NCBI GenBank assembly: GCA_018669005.1
Contig: JABJAL010000103.1
Coordinates: forward strand, 42,931 to 106,930
Origin: Nitrospinaceae bacterium
GTDB lineage: Bacteria > UBA8248
Direction: 5' to 3'
Length of the DNA: 64,000 nt
Position numbers and translations under genes: made by a program
Notes under the pieces: generated by a model
Databases searched by the model: none
Seen by the model: only the letters and a program-made list of their open reading frames with translations
What the model was told of the DNA's origin: nothing
In this document: positions 24,255-33,509 of the stretch, in pieces
How positions within the stretch are numbered: the first letter of the stretch is position 1
Layout: every line of letters begins with the position of its first letter

Positions 24255-24542
24255 CCTCCGGTGGCCCGCTCGGGGCCTCGCACGGCGGCGGCGCTAAGTG
24301 TCTGATATTACCCCATTTTCAAAACCGGCCGATTCTCCCGGAAAACAAGGGGATCTCCCCGAATTTTTTGTTGACTTGAGGCCGGATTGAGGGTAAAAGA
24401 TCGCCTCTGAAGTTTAATAAAGCGCTATTTGGATGAGTGGTTAACTAAACTCTTTTACCCTTGCCGGGGCGATCCGCCGGGGTGATTCGCGCCGGAGATA
24501 AACGGGCGTTCTGCCAACTGGGCTAACCGGGAGGGACAGCTA

Positions 24543-25154
24543 ATGAGCGAAAAGAAAAACGGCGTCTCTCCCGCCAGGGAAAATGGAACGGCGCACGGAA
24601 ACCATGGCGGCGAAATATGGCAGGTCGGCGAGCGCATTCACGATCTGAGGATGTCCTATGGGCTCACCCAGGAGGAGCTTGCCGACCGCTCGAATCTCAC
24701 TAAGGGGTTCATTAGTCAGCTTGAGCGAGATCTAAGTTCACCCTCTCTTGAGAGCCTGGTGGGGATTCTTCGTGCGCTGGACACTGACATTGTCTCGTTT
24801 TTCAAGGGTCAGGATGAAGAGGATTTCGTGTTCGGGGAGGGCGATGTCATCAACTCGGACACCCATCCCGAGGTGGCCGGGTTCCGCCTTCTGGTTCCGG
24901 GGGGCGCCAATTGCAACCTGGAGCCGGCACTCGTCACGCTTGACCCAGGCCAGGAGATAGCCGAGCAATCTCACATGGGCGAGGAGTACGGCTATGTCCT
25001 GTCAGGAAAGGTGGCGGTGACCTGGGGCGAGCGTGAGCAGACCGCCAGCCGTGGGCAGAGTTTTTATTTTGTCTCCGACCGGGCGCACAAACTTTCAAAC
25101 CCCTTCGCGAAGCCTGCGAAGGTTCTATGGGTTTCGTCCCCGCCAAGTTTTTAG
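24543..25154 (+). CDS. XRE-family HTH transcriptional regulator with C-terminal cupin domain (PuuR-like)
   Basis: HTH segment LRMSYGLTQEELADRSNLTKGFISQLERD plus a C-terminal cupin (GEEYGYVLSGKV). It sits upstream of the polyamine operon. Confidence 0.8.
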   Translation: MSEKKNGVSPARENGTAHGNHGGEIWQVGERIHDLRMSYGLTQEELADRSNLTKGFISQLERDLSSPSLESLVGILRALDTDIVSFFKGQDEEDFVFGEGDVINSDTHPEVAGFRLLVPGGANCNLEPALVTLDPGQEIAEQSHMGEEYGYVLSGKVAVTWGEREQTASRGQSFYFVSDRAHKLSNPFAKPAKVLWVSSPPSF

Positions 25155-25215
25155 GGCGGGAGTAGGTGGATGATGCCGGGGCATGGGACTTCGAAAACAA
25201 GGAGGCGGAAATATT

Positions 25216-25620
25216 TTGAATTCATTGGGCAGACATATTCTTTCTGAATTCTATGATTGCGCTCCCGAATTGCTTAATGATCCCGAGGCAATCGAGCTGG
25301 TAATGAGGAAGGCGGCGGAGGTCAGTGGTGCCACTATCGTTCAGAGTGTGTTCCACATGTTCAGTCCCCACGGGGTGAGCGGGGTAGTGGTTGTGGCGGA
25401 AAGCCATCTCGCCGTTCACACCTGGCCCGAGTACGGATTTGCCGCAGTGGACTATTTCACCTGCGGCGAGGTCGATGCCGGGGCGGCGATTCGCCACCTC
25501 AAGGAAAAATTTGGCGCAGAGCGCGTGACATCCCGAGAGGTGGGGCGTGGCATTTTTTCGGCGGGCGGCGATGGGAGGGGCGTTTTGGCCGGCCCCGAAA
25601 GCGGAGAGCAAAGAGCATGA
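25216..25620 (+). CDS. speH: S-adenosylmethionine decarboxylase proenzyme (small bacterial/archaeal type)
   Basis: [13 protein letters not shown]-terminus and the self-cleavage/active region [28 protein letters not shown]. The start is taken at TTG 25216, 11 nt after AAGGAGG; the ORF-track start is 25183. Confidence 0.85.
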   Translation: MNSLGRHILSEFYDCAPELLNDPEAIELVMRKAAEVSGATIVQSVFHMFSPHGVSGVVVVAESHLAVHTWPEYGFAAVDYFTCGEVDAGAAIRHLKEKFGAERVTSREVGRGIFSAGGDGRGVLAGPESGEQRA

Positions 25621-26084
25621 TTTACACTGTTCCATCTAAATACTATCTGGTTCGCGGTTGCGCCGAGGGTTTCACGACGTTGAATGCTTTTGACTCGGCG
25701 CTGCTGAACGCCGGGGTCGGCAATACGAATCTGGTTCGGATGAGCAGCATTCTTCCCCCGAAATGTGAGCGAATAGCACCCGTCAAGCTGCCTCAAGGAG
25801 CGCTGGTTCCGGTAGCGTATTCGACCATCGATTCTACCCGGCCGGGCGAGGTGATCACGGCGGCAGTGGCAATCGCGTATCCGACAGATGAGGATCACTG
25901 CGGCCTGATTATGGAGTATCACGAGGCGGCGCCGAAGGATGTGGTCGAGGAGAAAGTTTGTCGAATGGCCGAGGAGGGCATGCACTTCCGGGGCCAGACG
26001 ATTAAACGGGTCGAGATCGCCGCCGCCGAGCACACGGTTGAAAATACGGGGGCGGCTTTTGCCGCCGTGGTTCTATGGAATTAA
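25617..26084 (+). CDS. pdaD: Pyruvoyl-dependent arginine decarboxylase
   Basis: 155 aa with the [11 protein letters not shown] processing-site motif. ATGA overlap with speH. Confidence 0.8.
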   Translation: MIYTVPSKYYLVRGCAEGFTTLNAFDSALLNAGVGNTNLVRMSSILPPKCERIAPVKLPQGALVPVAYSTIDSTRPGEVITAAVAIAYPTDEDHCGLIMEYHEAAPKDVVEEKVCRMAEEGMHFRGQTIKRVEIAAAEHTVENTGAAFAAVVLWN

Positions 26085-26956
26085 ACAAACGCCCTTTTTC
26101 CCAGCCGGAGGCTCCAACGAGCGGGGAGATGTGGTTCACCGAGTATCAGTCCCCCGGCTGCGGCCTCACCCTCAGGGTCAAGAGATCTCTTTTCTCAGGA
26201 AAGAGCGATTTTCAGGATATCCAGATTTTCGACACAGAGGATTATGGTCGAATGCTCGTTTTGGACGGGGCGATTCAAACGACCGAACGGGACGAGTTCG
26301 TTTACCATGAGATGATAGTCCACACGCCGCTGTGTACACATCCAAATCCGAAACGGGTGCTTATCGTAGGGGGTGGCGATGGCGGCTGCGTGCGCGAGGT
26401 GCTTCGCCATCCGGAGGTTGAGCAAGTTACGCTGGTTGAGATTGACGGGATGGTGGTGGATCTTTGCCGGGAGTATCTTCCGAAAATATCAGGGAAACTT
26501 GGCGATCCGCGTGTTGAGGTGCGCATCGAGGACGGGGTGAAGTTTGTTCGGAATCATAAGAAGGCGTTCGACGTTATTATTGTAGATTCGACCGACCCGG
26601 TGAACATGGCCTCGCCATTGACGAGGGTGCCGTTTTTTCGGGCGGCGAAGGAGGCTTTGCGCCTAGGTGGACTGTATTGCTGCCAGTCCCAAGGACCGTT
26701 GTTTGAGGCACGGGGAATGCGCCGGGTGGCCCGGACGATTCGGAAGGTGTTTCCGGATGCGGCACACTACTGGGCCCACGTTCCGACCTATCCGGGTGGG
26801 GTGTGGTGTTTTGCCATCGCCTCTAAAAGCGGAAAGCGGCCCGAGAGGGTGGAGCCGCGCCCCCTGCCGAAAGGGGTGGAGACCCGCTATTATACGAGTG
26901 AACTTCATCAAGCGGCGTTTGCCCTACCTCAATATGTTCAGGAGCTTCTTGCGTGA
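26075..26956 (+). CDS. speE: Spermidine synthase (polyamine aminopropyltransferase)
   Basis: Motifs MWFTEYQ, LVLDGAIQTTERDEFVYHEM, VLIVGGGDGG and DSTDP. Confidence 0.9.
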   Translation: MELNKRPFSQPEAPTSGEMWFTEYQSPGCGLTLRVKRSLFSGKSDFQDIQIFDTEDYGRMLVLDGAIQTTERDEFVYHEMIVHTPLCTHPNPKRVLIVGGGDGGCVREVLRHPEVEQVTLVEIDGMVVDLCREYLPKISGKLGDPRVEVRIEDGVKFVRNHKKAFDVIIVDSTDPVNMASPLTRVPFFRAAKEALRLGGLYCCQSQGPLFEARGMRRVARTIRKVFPDAAHYWAHVPTYPGGVWCFAIASKSGKRPERVEPRPLPKGVETRYYTSELHQAAFALPQYVQELLA

Positions 26957-27831
26957 GCACAGATAACACTGAGACGCCGCCGAGGAGAGAGTACTTTCTT
27001 GGCGCGGAAAAGAGATCGTATGAGGAGGCGCTCATTGCGCTATTTGGGTGTCCCTTCGATGAGACGGTGTCGTTCAGGGCTGGTGCCAGGAATGGGCCCG
27101 CTGCCATCCGAGATTATTCAGAGGTTCTTGAAACCTACAGCCCTGAGTTTGAAAAGGATCTTGGCGGTGTTGCTTTTTGCGACATGGGGGATCTTGTCCT
27201 GGAAGAGGAGAGGCTGGAGGCAAACCTTGAGATTATTAGCAACCGGGCGAGGGAGGTTCTCTCGGCGGGCAAGGTGCCTTTTGCGCTGGGGGGAGAGCAT
27301 CTGGTGAGCTTGCCGCTTATTGTGGCGGCGCTGGAGCATCATCCGGATCTTGTTGTTTTTCAATGGGATGCGCATGCCGACTTGCGTGGGGATTTTGAAG
27401 GGGCGGTGCTTTCCCACGCAACGGTTATGCGGCGTGTCGTCGAGGCGCTAGGCGAGGACCGGATTGTCCAATATGGAATACGCTCGGGCACCCGTGAGGA
27501 ATGGGATTGGATGACGAAACACATGACGGTGTGGCCGATGATCCCTGAAAATATGATGGCCGGGCTGGTACAGCATCAGGGGCGGCCCGTGTATTTGACG
27601 GTGGATGTGGATGTTCTCGACCCATCGGAGTGCCCCGGGACGGGAACGCCAGAGCCGGGTGGCTCAACTTTTGTGAATTTGATTGCGTGCATAAAGGCGA
27701 TGCGCCAGGCGGGGGCGCCGATAATTGGTGTTGATGTTGTGGAGCTTGCGCCTAATATTGATAGAAGCGGCATTAGCGCGATTGCGACTGCGAAATTGGT
27801 CAGGGAGCTTCTCCTAAGCCTTCGAATTTAG
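26953..27831 (+). CDS. speB: Agmatinase (arginase family)
   Basis: Motifs GGEHLVSLP, WDAHADLR and VDVDVLDPSECPGTGTPEPGG. GTGA overlap with speE. Confidence 0.9.
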   Translation: MSTDNTETPPRREYFLGAEKRSYEEALIALFGCPFDETVSFRAGARNGPAAIRDYSEVLETYSPEFEKDLGGVAFCDMGDLVLEEERLEANLEIISNRAREVLSAGKVPFALGGEHLVSLPLIVAALEHHPDLVVFQWDAHADLRGDFEGAVLSHATVMRRVVEALGEDRIVQYGIRSGTREEWDWMTKHMTVWPMIPENMMAGLVQHQGRPVYLTVDVDVLDPSECPGTGTPEPGGSTFVNLIACIKAMRQAGAPIIGVDVVELAPNIDRSGISAIATAKLVRELLLSLRI

Positions 27832-28218
27832 CGGACCAAGCCTTCGAATCCAGCGGAAGAATCGGGATTAAAGCTGCTCGGGCTGAATATCCAAGCTTCC
27901 CAGGAGGGTTTCCAAGGGCCCAAATATCCTCCCCTATTTGATTTTAGTGAGATTTCAAGGCCCTGAAGGGGAGAATCAAGGAGGATTTACTTCTCCACCC
28001 TCCCCATTGAGAGAGGTTGTCCTGCCCGACGGGGGGTTTGCGATCAAGGCCATATTACCGGTATATTGGTGGGGCGTTGGGATGTAGCTATCAAATCGTA
28101 CACCGTATACATTTTTATGCTCCTTATGAGCGCCATGTGCGTTCAATCGTATAAGTGTCTTACTATCAATGATTTTTGTGATGTCTTGATTTAGGGCTGA
28201 AATTAGCTGGAGGTGGAT

Positions 28219-29385
28219 ATGGCTGAAGAAAAACCCCGGCAGTTTGTCGGAAAAACCGAGTTTAAGAAGGGCCTCGAAGGTGCCATTACGAACGAAAGTG
28301 CCATCAGTTATGTAGATGGTGCCAACGGTAAGCTCATCTATCGTGGCTACAGCATCGATGATCTGTGTGCGGGCGGCGGGGGGTTCGAGGAGTGCGCCTA
28401 TCTGCTGATAGATGGCTTGTTGCCCACTAAGGCGCAACTCGATGCCTTCAGTAAGGATTTGGCCGGCCGCCGGACTATTCCCCAGGAGGTCAAGGATATG
28501 ATCACTCTCCTTGCCCCCAATACGCATCCAATGAACACCCTCCGCACAGCCGTTTCCATGTTGGGATGCCTCAATTCCAAAGAGTTCGAAGTGACGGTTG
28601 AAAATGATCTGGATATCGCAATGTCCCTCACGGCGCAGTTCCCCACCATCGTCGGGGCCATTCAGCGGGTAAGAAGCGGCAAGCCGATTGTGGACCCGGA
28701 CCCCTCTCTCGGTCACTCCGAGGATTTCATGCGGATGATGACGGGCGAGCCTGCCGATGCTCGGACCGCAGAGGTTATGGACATGGCGCTCATCATCCAT
28801 GCCGAGCACGGCATGAATGCCTCGACCTTTAGCGCAATGGTGACGAATAGCTCCCTCACAGATCTTTACAGTTCTATTTGCGCTGGCATCGGTTCCCTCA
28901 AAGGCCCTCTCCACGGCGGCGCCAACGAGGCAACGCTGAAAACATTCTTGGAAATTGGAGATCCGGCTAAGACCGACGAATGGTTCGCGGCCTCCAAGGA
29001 GAAGAAGCAAAAGGTGATGGGCTTTGGCCACCGCGTGTATAAAGCCTATGATCCCCGGGCGGTAATATTCGACCCTGTTGCCAAGGAATTTTCCGAGCGT
29101 GCGGGTTCAGGCCACCTCTACGAAATCGCCAAAAAGCTCGAGGCCCTCGTTGTCGCCGATCTCGGCGGCAAGGGAATATTCCCGAACGTGGACTACTTCT
29201 CGGGCCTGATTTACAACGCGATGGGAATCGACACCGACATGTTCACACCGATTTTCGCGGTGCCGCGCATCGCCGGATGGTCGGCACGTGTCCTCGAATA
29301 TCTGCCCGAGAATCGTCTTTTCCGCCCGCGCGCGGTCTATGTGGGCGATCTTGAGGCGAGCTACACGCCGATTGATAAGAGGTAG
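28219..29385 (+). CDS. gltA: Citrate synthase
   Basis: Motifs GFGHRVYKAYDPR, HAEHGMNAST and PRIAGW. ATG 28219 lies 5 nt after GGAGG. Confidence 0.9.
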   Translation: MAEEKPRQFVGKTEFKKGLEGAITNESAISYVDGANGKLIYRGYSIDDLCAGGGGFEECAYLLIDGLLPTKAQLDAFSKDLAGRRTIPQEVKDMITLLAPNTHPMNTLRTAVSMLGCLNSKEFEVTVENDLDIAMSLTAQFPTIVGAIQRVRSGKPIVDPDPSLGHSEDFMRMMTGEPADARTAEVMDMALIIHAEHGMNASTFSAMVTNSSLTDLYSSICAGIGSLKGPLHGGANEATLKTFLEIGDPAKTDEWFAASKEKKQKVMGFGHRVYKAYDPRAVIFDPVAKEFSERAGSGHLYEIAKKLEALVVADLGGKGIFPNVDYFSGLIYNAMGIDTDMFTPIFAVPRIAGWSARVLEYLPENRLFRPRAVYVGDLEASYTPIDKR

Positions 29386-29417
29386 AAGCGGTGTAGCTGT
29401 TTAAATCAGTAAAATCA

Positions 29418-29446
29418 GGGGCGGGTCTATGACCCGTCCTTTTTTT
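29418..29446 (+). terminator. Rho-independent terminator
   Basis: GGCGGGTC-tat-GACCCGTCC followed by T7. Confidence 0.75.
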
Positions 29447-29484
29447 GTCCAGAGGGTTTTCAGGGTAGTCCGTTTGACGAGGCG

Positions 29485-29910
29485 ATGAAAATGTCCACCT
29501 ACGCGCATTCATTTCAGATTGATACGCAAGGATTTGCTGACATCAGGGACATTACCGGCGAGGTCTCGGAAGCTGTTCTTAAGAGTGGACTCGATTCGGG
29601 GGTCTGCGTGGTATTTGTTCCAGGTTCAACGGCCGGTGTGACCACCATTGAGTTTGAGTCAGGGGCTCTCGCCGACTTGAAGGAAGCCATTGCCCGCCTT
29701 GTTCCCGAGGGTGAGGCGTATGCTCACGACGCTCGCTGGGGTGACGGGAACGGGTTTTCCCATGTTCGTGCCGCGCTCTTGGGGCCCAGCCTTTCTCTGC
29801 CCTTCAGAGATAGGGTGCTAATCACCGGAACTTGGCAGCAGATTGTCCTGGTCGATTTCGACAACCGCCCGAGGCAGCGACGGATCGAGGTCCAACTCGT
29901 CGGCGGGTGA
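29485..29910 (+). CDS. yjbQ: YjbQ/UPF0047 family protein (secondary thiamine-phosphate synthase)
   Basis: 141 aa. Motifs GSTAGVTTIEFESG and SHVRAALLGPSLSLP. Confidence 0.75.
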   Translation: MKMSTYAHSFQIDTQGFADIRDITGEVSEAVLKSGLDSGVCVVFVPGSTAGVTTIEFESGALADLKEAIARLVPEGEAYAHDARWGDGNGFSHVRAALLGPSLSLPFRDRVLITGTWQQIVLVDFDNRPRQRRIEVQLVGG

Positions 29911-29916
29911 GAGGTT

Positions 29917-30405
29917 TTAGGAATTCCCCCTCACCGTTTTCTCTATCAGCTCAAGCGCGGCCTGGGTGAAGGCCCACATGTTTGCCACTCGATCTGCGCT
30001 TCCGGTTTCCAGGGTAATCACGGCATCCCTAGGCCCTGAGACACCAATACACGAATGACCTGCGTCATCCCCGTACCGGTTTCCCTTGGGTCCTGTGGCT
30101 CCGGTTTCGCCAACGCCCCAAGTGGAGCCCAAGTGCTCCCGCGCCGCCCGGGCGATGCGGAGGGCATATTCCTCGGTGCTGGGTCTCATGCCGTCGAAAG
30201 TGTCTTGCGGAAGATCAAGCATCTTGTTGCGCGACTCATAGGTGTAAAGCACCCCGCCTCCCAGGAAGTAGGCCGAAGCGCCTCCTATCGATAGCAAGGA
30301 AGCCGAAATCAACCCTCCGGCCGATGTTTCGGCTATTGCAATGGTCTCGCCCTTCTCTTTCAGAAGCGCTCCCAGTGACGTACCCATTTCATCTAGATTC
30401 GGCAT
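29917..30405 (-). CDS. CinA C-terminal domain / nicotinamide-nucleotide amidase (PncC-like)
   Basis: IAIAETSAGGLISASLLSIGGASAYFLGGGVLYTYESRNKML. ATG 30405 is preferred because GGAGGA lies 4-5 nt upstream; the ORF-track start is 30417. Confidence 0.75.
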   Translation of the reverse strand: MPNLDEMGTSLGALLKEKGETIAIAETSAGGLISASLLSIGGASAYFLGGGVLYTYESRNKMLDLPQDTFDGMRPSTEEYALRIARAAREHLGSTWGVGETGATGPKGNRYGDDAGHSCIGVSGPRDAVITLETGSADRVANMWAFTQAALELIEKTVRGNS

Positions 30406-30429
30406 GACATCCTCCATAAATGTATTGCT

Positions 30430-31464
30430 TTAAAGTGATTCAGCTATCTTCATTTTCAAAATTTCAAAGTTGGAAATATCCATTTCAAGCTCGCCCTTGT
30501 CGATCATTAGGGCAATTTCAGTCACGGCGTCGTTGTAGGGTGTCGGGATGCCCACCTCGCGCCCTTTGCTCGACACGAGGCCGTTGATGAATGCCATCTC
30601 GCTTCTGCGGCCCTTGATGTGATCCTGGATTGGGGCGGTTCTGGCGCGTGTCCCGACATGGCTCATCAGCGTTTTCATCGCCGTTATCAATACCTGATCG
30701 TCTGAGCCGGAAAAATCGTCAGCGTTCAAGCCGAAAACGGGTTCAATGTTGTAGCCGAGCGCGGTGCCCACCTCCATTGATTCTTTGCCGAGGTTCATTT
30801 GTATTTCAAGTAAACCATCCAGGCCCGCCGCCTCGGCATTCCTGGTGCCGAGTAGCCCGTAGGGACCCATCGTCATCGAATTGGCGAGAAGCTTTGTCCA
30901 TCTTGAGCCGTAAATATTCTCGGTGATATCTACCTTCGCAACGTGGCTCAAGATTTCTTGAAGCTCCTTAACACGCGGGGTGACGGAGCCGTCGAGCTCC
31001 CCGATGCCAAACCAGGTGCCCTCATGGGTGGTGTTTCGCTGGACGATTCCTGGTGTGAATATTTCAGCAGAAAGCTCTATGGCGCAGCCTACAACGCGCT
31101 CGCGGCCCAATATGGATGCGTGTGAATCATCGTTCAGGCTATTTTGCAGGCCAACGAGCACACCGTCGCTCTTTAGATAAGGTTCAATGAATTCGACCAT
31201 CCAGCGTCTGTCGTAAGATTTTACGCAGAGGAATACGATGTCGAACTGGGGGTACAGCGAGGCCATTTCGTAAAGATGGCAGGCATTTACCTGCACTTTA
31301 AGATCCATATCCGGAAATTTGATGTGCAGTCCTTTTTCTTTCATCACCTCAACATGCTCGGCCCACTGGTCAACGATGGTTACATCGTATTCCGCTTTCG
31401 TGAGGTCGGCGGCCACGCTGCTACCGATGGCGCCAGTGCCCAATACTGCAATTTTCTTGTCCAT
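30430..31464 (-). CDS. Ketopantoate reductase (PanE/ApbA) family oxidoreductase
   Basis: N-terminal KIAVLGTGAIGSSVAADL Rossmann motif. Length and C-terminal helical domain are typical. Confidence 0.7.
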   Translation of the reverse strand: MDKKIAVLGTGAIGSSVAADLTKAEYDVTIVDQWAEHVEVMKEKGLHIKFPDMDLKVQVNACHLYEMASLYPQFDIVFLCVKSYDRRWMVEFIEPYLKSDGVLVGLQNSLNDDSHASILGRERVVGCAIELSAEIFTPGIVQRNTTHEGTWFGIGELDGSVTPRVKELQEILSHVAKVDITENIYGSRWTKLLANSMTMGPYGLLGTRNAEAAGLDGLLEIQMNLGKESMEVGTALGYNIEPVFGLNADDFSGSDDQVLITAMKTLMSHVGTRARTAPIQDHIKGRRSEMAFINGLVSSKGREVGIPTPYNDAVTEIALMIDKGELEMDISNFEILKMKIAESL

Positions 31465-31534
31465 AATTTAAGCCCTTATAATGATTGGTCTGTCGATTCT
31501 TATAGCTGGAAATTATGCCATGGCCGCATTTTTT

Positions 31535-31996
31535 TTAATAATGAGACTCGAAACTAATCCCCTCGCGGCGGATGAGTTCATCGAGGTCGATGTAGGAGCG
31601 TTTTGTGTCCTTGTCGACCGTGAACTGCATCTTTTTCGACGTGTCGGTGGTGCCTCGGACGCTCAGCAGACGCATCGTCTCGGTGACTTCCCATTCGTGT
31701 GCCCCGGCGAGTCCGGGCGGGCAGTAGATCGAAGTTTCCGGGCCCACTTCATATTCTTTGCCTTCGATATCGCGGACAGTGGCGCGCCCCGAGATGACGA
31801 AGTAATAAGATTCAATCGGATGCCAGTGGAGTTTTTCGAGCGTCCCCGGGACAAACGTTGCCAGCGCAACCCGGATTCTGTCCGAAGGCCGGCCATCGCT
31901 TCCGATTATCGGCTGCTGGGTCTGACCTTCGGTCACCCCCTGATGGGATGCAATTTCGCTCTCTTTGATTACTTGAAGTGTCGATTTAATTTCCAT
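31535..31996 (-). CDS. Cupin domain protein
   Basis: The start is taken at MEIKSTLQ (ATG 31996), 6 nt after AGGAG. Cupin motifs GTLEKLHWHPIESYYFVISG and PPGLAGAHEW. Confidence 0.7.
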   Translation of the reverse strand: MEIKSTLQVIKESEIASHQGVTEGQTQQPIIGSDGRPSDRIRVALATFVPGTLEKLHWHPIESYYFVISGRATVRDIEGKEYEVGPETSIYCPPGLAGAHEWEVTETMRLLSVRGTTDTSKKMQFTVDKDTKRSYIDLDELIRREGISFESHY

Positions 31997-32207
31997 GTCG
32001 TACTCCTTGAGAAAAAATGGCGCCCCAGCATGAAAACAAAGGGGCCTAAAGAGGGATTGTGCCATATTCATTTTGTCGAATGAATTAATACTACGCTGAT
32101 ATTGGTAATTTGTGGAGAGGAGAGGGAGAGTTATTAAACGTCCTGTTAGTCAGGCCACTATCTTGGGTGAATCTGCTCATTGGTTGAAATGTCTGACGGC
32201 GGCATGA

Positions 32208-32451
32208 CTATTTTACGTGGCCATTCTTCCGGTGGCCATGCGACGATCTTAAAGCAATTTCCCATCCGACAAGAATTACTATCGCATCTATCCCCCAGTC
32301 AAGATACGTTTCGGTCGGTGCGTTAGAGGCGCTAACTCCTAGGATTGCAATGGCCATGTAGTAGAGCATTTTGATCTTCTGTAACTTTCCCCGCGCGCAA
32401 ATCTTCTGCAAGGGTTTTGGTGTTCCAGAAGTAAATGCCGAATTTCTTCAT
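32208..32451 (-). pseudogene. Possible frameshifted small membrane-protein gene
   Basis: ATG 32451 opens MKKFGIYFWNTKTLAEDLRAGKVTEDQ..., which stops after 39 aa. The -1 frame continues from the A-run (gatcaaaatg) as KMLYYMAIAILGVSAS...VILVGWEIAL, which is ORF-track 32208-32411. Confidence 0.25.
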
Positions 32452-32588
32452 GGTGAACCTTATTATGTTGAAAAAAATAATTAAAGGATGAGTGTCGAGA
32501 AGCAATCCGCTGCATAACTACGTAAAAGATAAGGGGCCGTGGTCTGCTTATTTTCAAGCAAAGGTTCTTTATTGAGGTGCTTGTTTTT

Positions 32589-33374
32589 CTAGATAGACCA
32601 ACCTCTCCCACCGTCAACGGGTACGAGGGCGCCGGTCATGTAGGAGGCGGCGTCGGATGAGAGAAACACAGCAAGCTGGGCGGCCTCTGTCGGGTCTCCA
32701 AGGCGGCCAGTTGGATTCTGGGAGGCACGGAGTTTTTCTGCATCTTCAACCGTTATTTCGTGAAGCTTTGCATAGGTCTCAAAACCCCGGCGAAGCATGG
32801 GGGTGTCGAACTGGCCTAGAAGCACAGCATTTATGCGAATGCACTTGGGTGCCATAAGTTTGGACAGGGCTTTGGTCGCACTCAGTATGCCGCCTCCAGC
32901 GGCGGCAGCCATGACGTTCTCGGGTATCGGCTCTCTATAGACGGTAGCACCCATAAACACGACGGAGCCGCTTTCGCGCTCGCTCATTCGCGCAAGCACC
33001 TTTTGGGTGAGGTAAAGTGGGGAGACGATTCGATTCTTGAGAATCTCTTCCCACAGCGCTGGTTCGGTAGCAAAAAAATCGCCTGGATAGCTTCTCCCTG
33101 CATTGTTGATCAGTATATCGACGGGCCCCAGCTTATTTTCTGTTTCCTCAATTATTCGGTCCATGTCCGGGAGGTTGGCGAGATCGGCCTGGATTTCAAG
33201 CACCTCGGCTCCATCGCCGCGAAGTTCCTTTGCCACGCCCGCCATTTTCTCTTCATCCCGCCCGGTGATGGCCACTTTGGCACGGCCCTTGGCGTACAGG
33301 CGCGCAATTTCGAGGCCGATGCCGCTGGTTCCTCCCGTGACGATGGCGATTTTTCCATCTAGTTCGTAGTCCAT
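32589..33374 (-). CDS. SDR family oxidoreductase
   Basis: TGGTSGIGLEIA cofactor motif and NNAG. 261 aa. Confidence 0.85.
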   Translation of the reverse strand: MDYELDGKIAIVTGGTSGIGLEIARLYAKGRAKVAITGRDEEKMAGVAKELRGDGAEVLEIQADLANLPDMDRIIEETENKLGPVDILINNAGRSYPGDFFATEPALWEEILKNRIVSPLYLTQKVLARMSERESGSVVFMGATVYREPIPENVMAAAAGGGILSATKALSKLMAPKCIRINAVLLGQFDTPMLRRGFETYAKLHEITVEDAEKLRASQNPTGRLGDPTEAAQLAVFLSSDAASYMTGALVPVDGGRGWSI

Positions 33375-33509
33375 TTTTTTGTCCCCTAAAATTTTTATTT
33401 GTTATGACAATACATGGCAGGCGAGGCTCTGAAGAATCTGCCTGCATGAGGAGCACTATTATCAAGTGCCGTTATTCGTTCCCGTCCATTCCAAGGCCGA
33501 GTATTCAGG

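Noticed and set aside
23814-24305. 163-aa plus-strand ORF
   Set aside because: It is antisense to a clear glutaredoxin gene and runs through a terminator and a GC-rich leader. It has no SD.
27816-27857. 20-nt near-direct repeat AAGCCTTCGAATTTAGCGGA / AAGCCTTCGAATCCAGCGGA (22-nt period) at the speB stop
   Set aside because: It looks like a small local duplication of the gene's 3' end. I could see no further copies or associated structure, so the significance is low.
27976-29031. 351-aa minus-strand ORF
   Set aside because: It lies entirely antisense to citrate synthase, which has unmistakable family motifs. It is a long antisense ORF in GC-rich coding DNA.
31481-32083. 200-aa plus-strand ORF
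   Set aside because: It is antisense to the cupin gene 31535-31996, which has an SD and cupin motifs.
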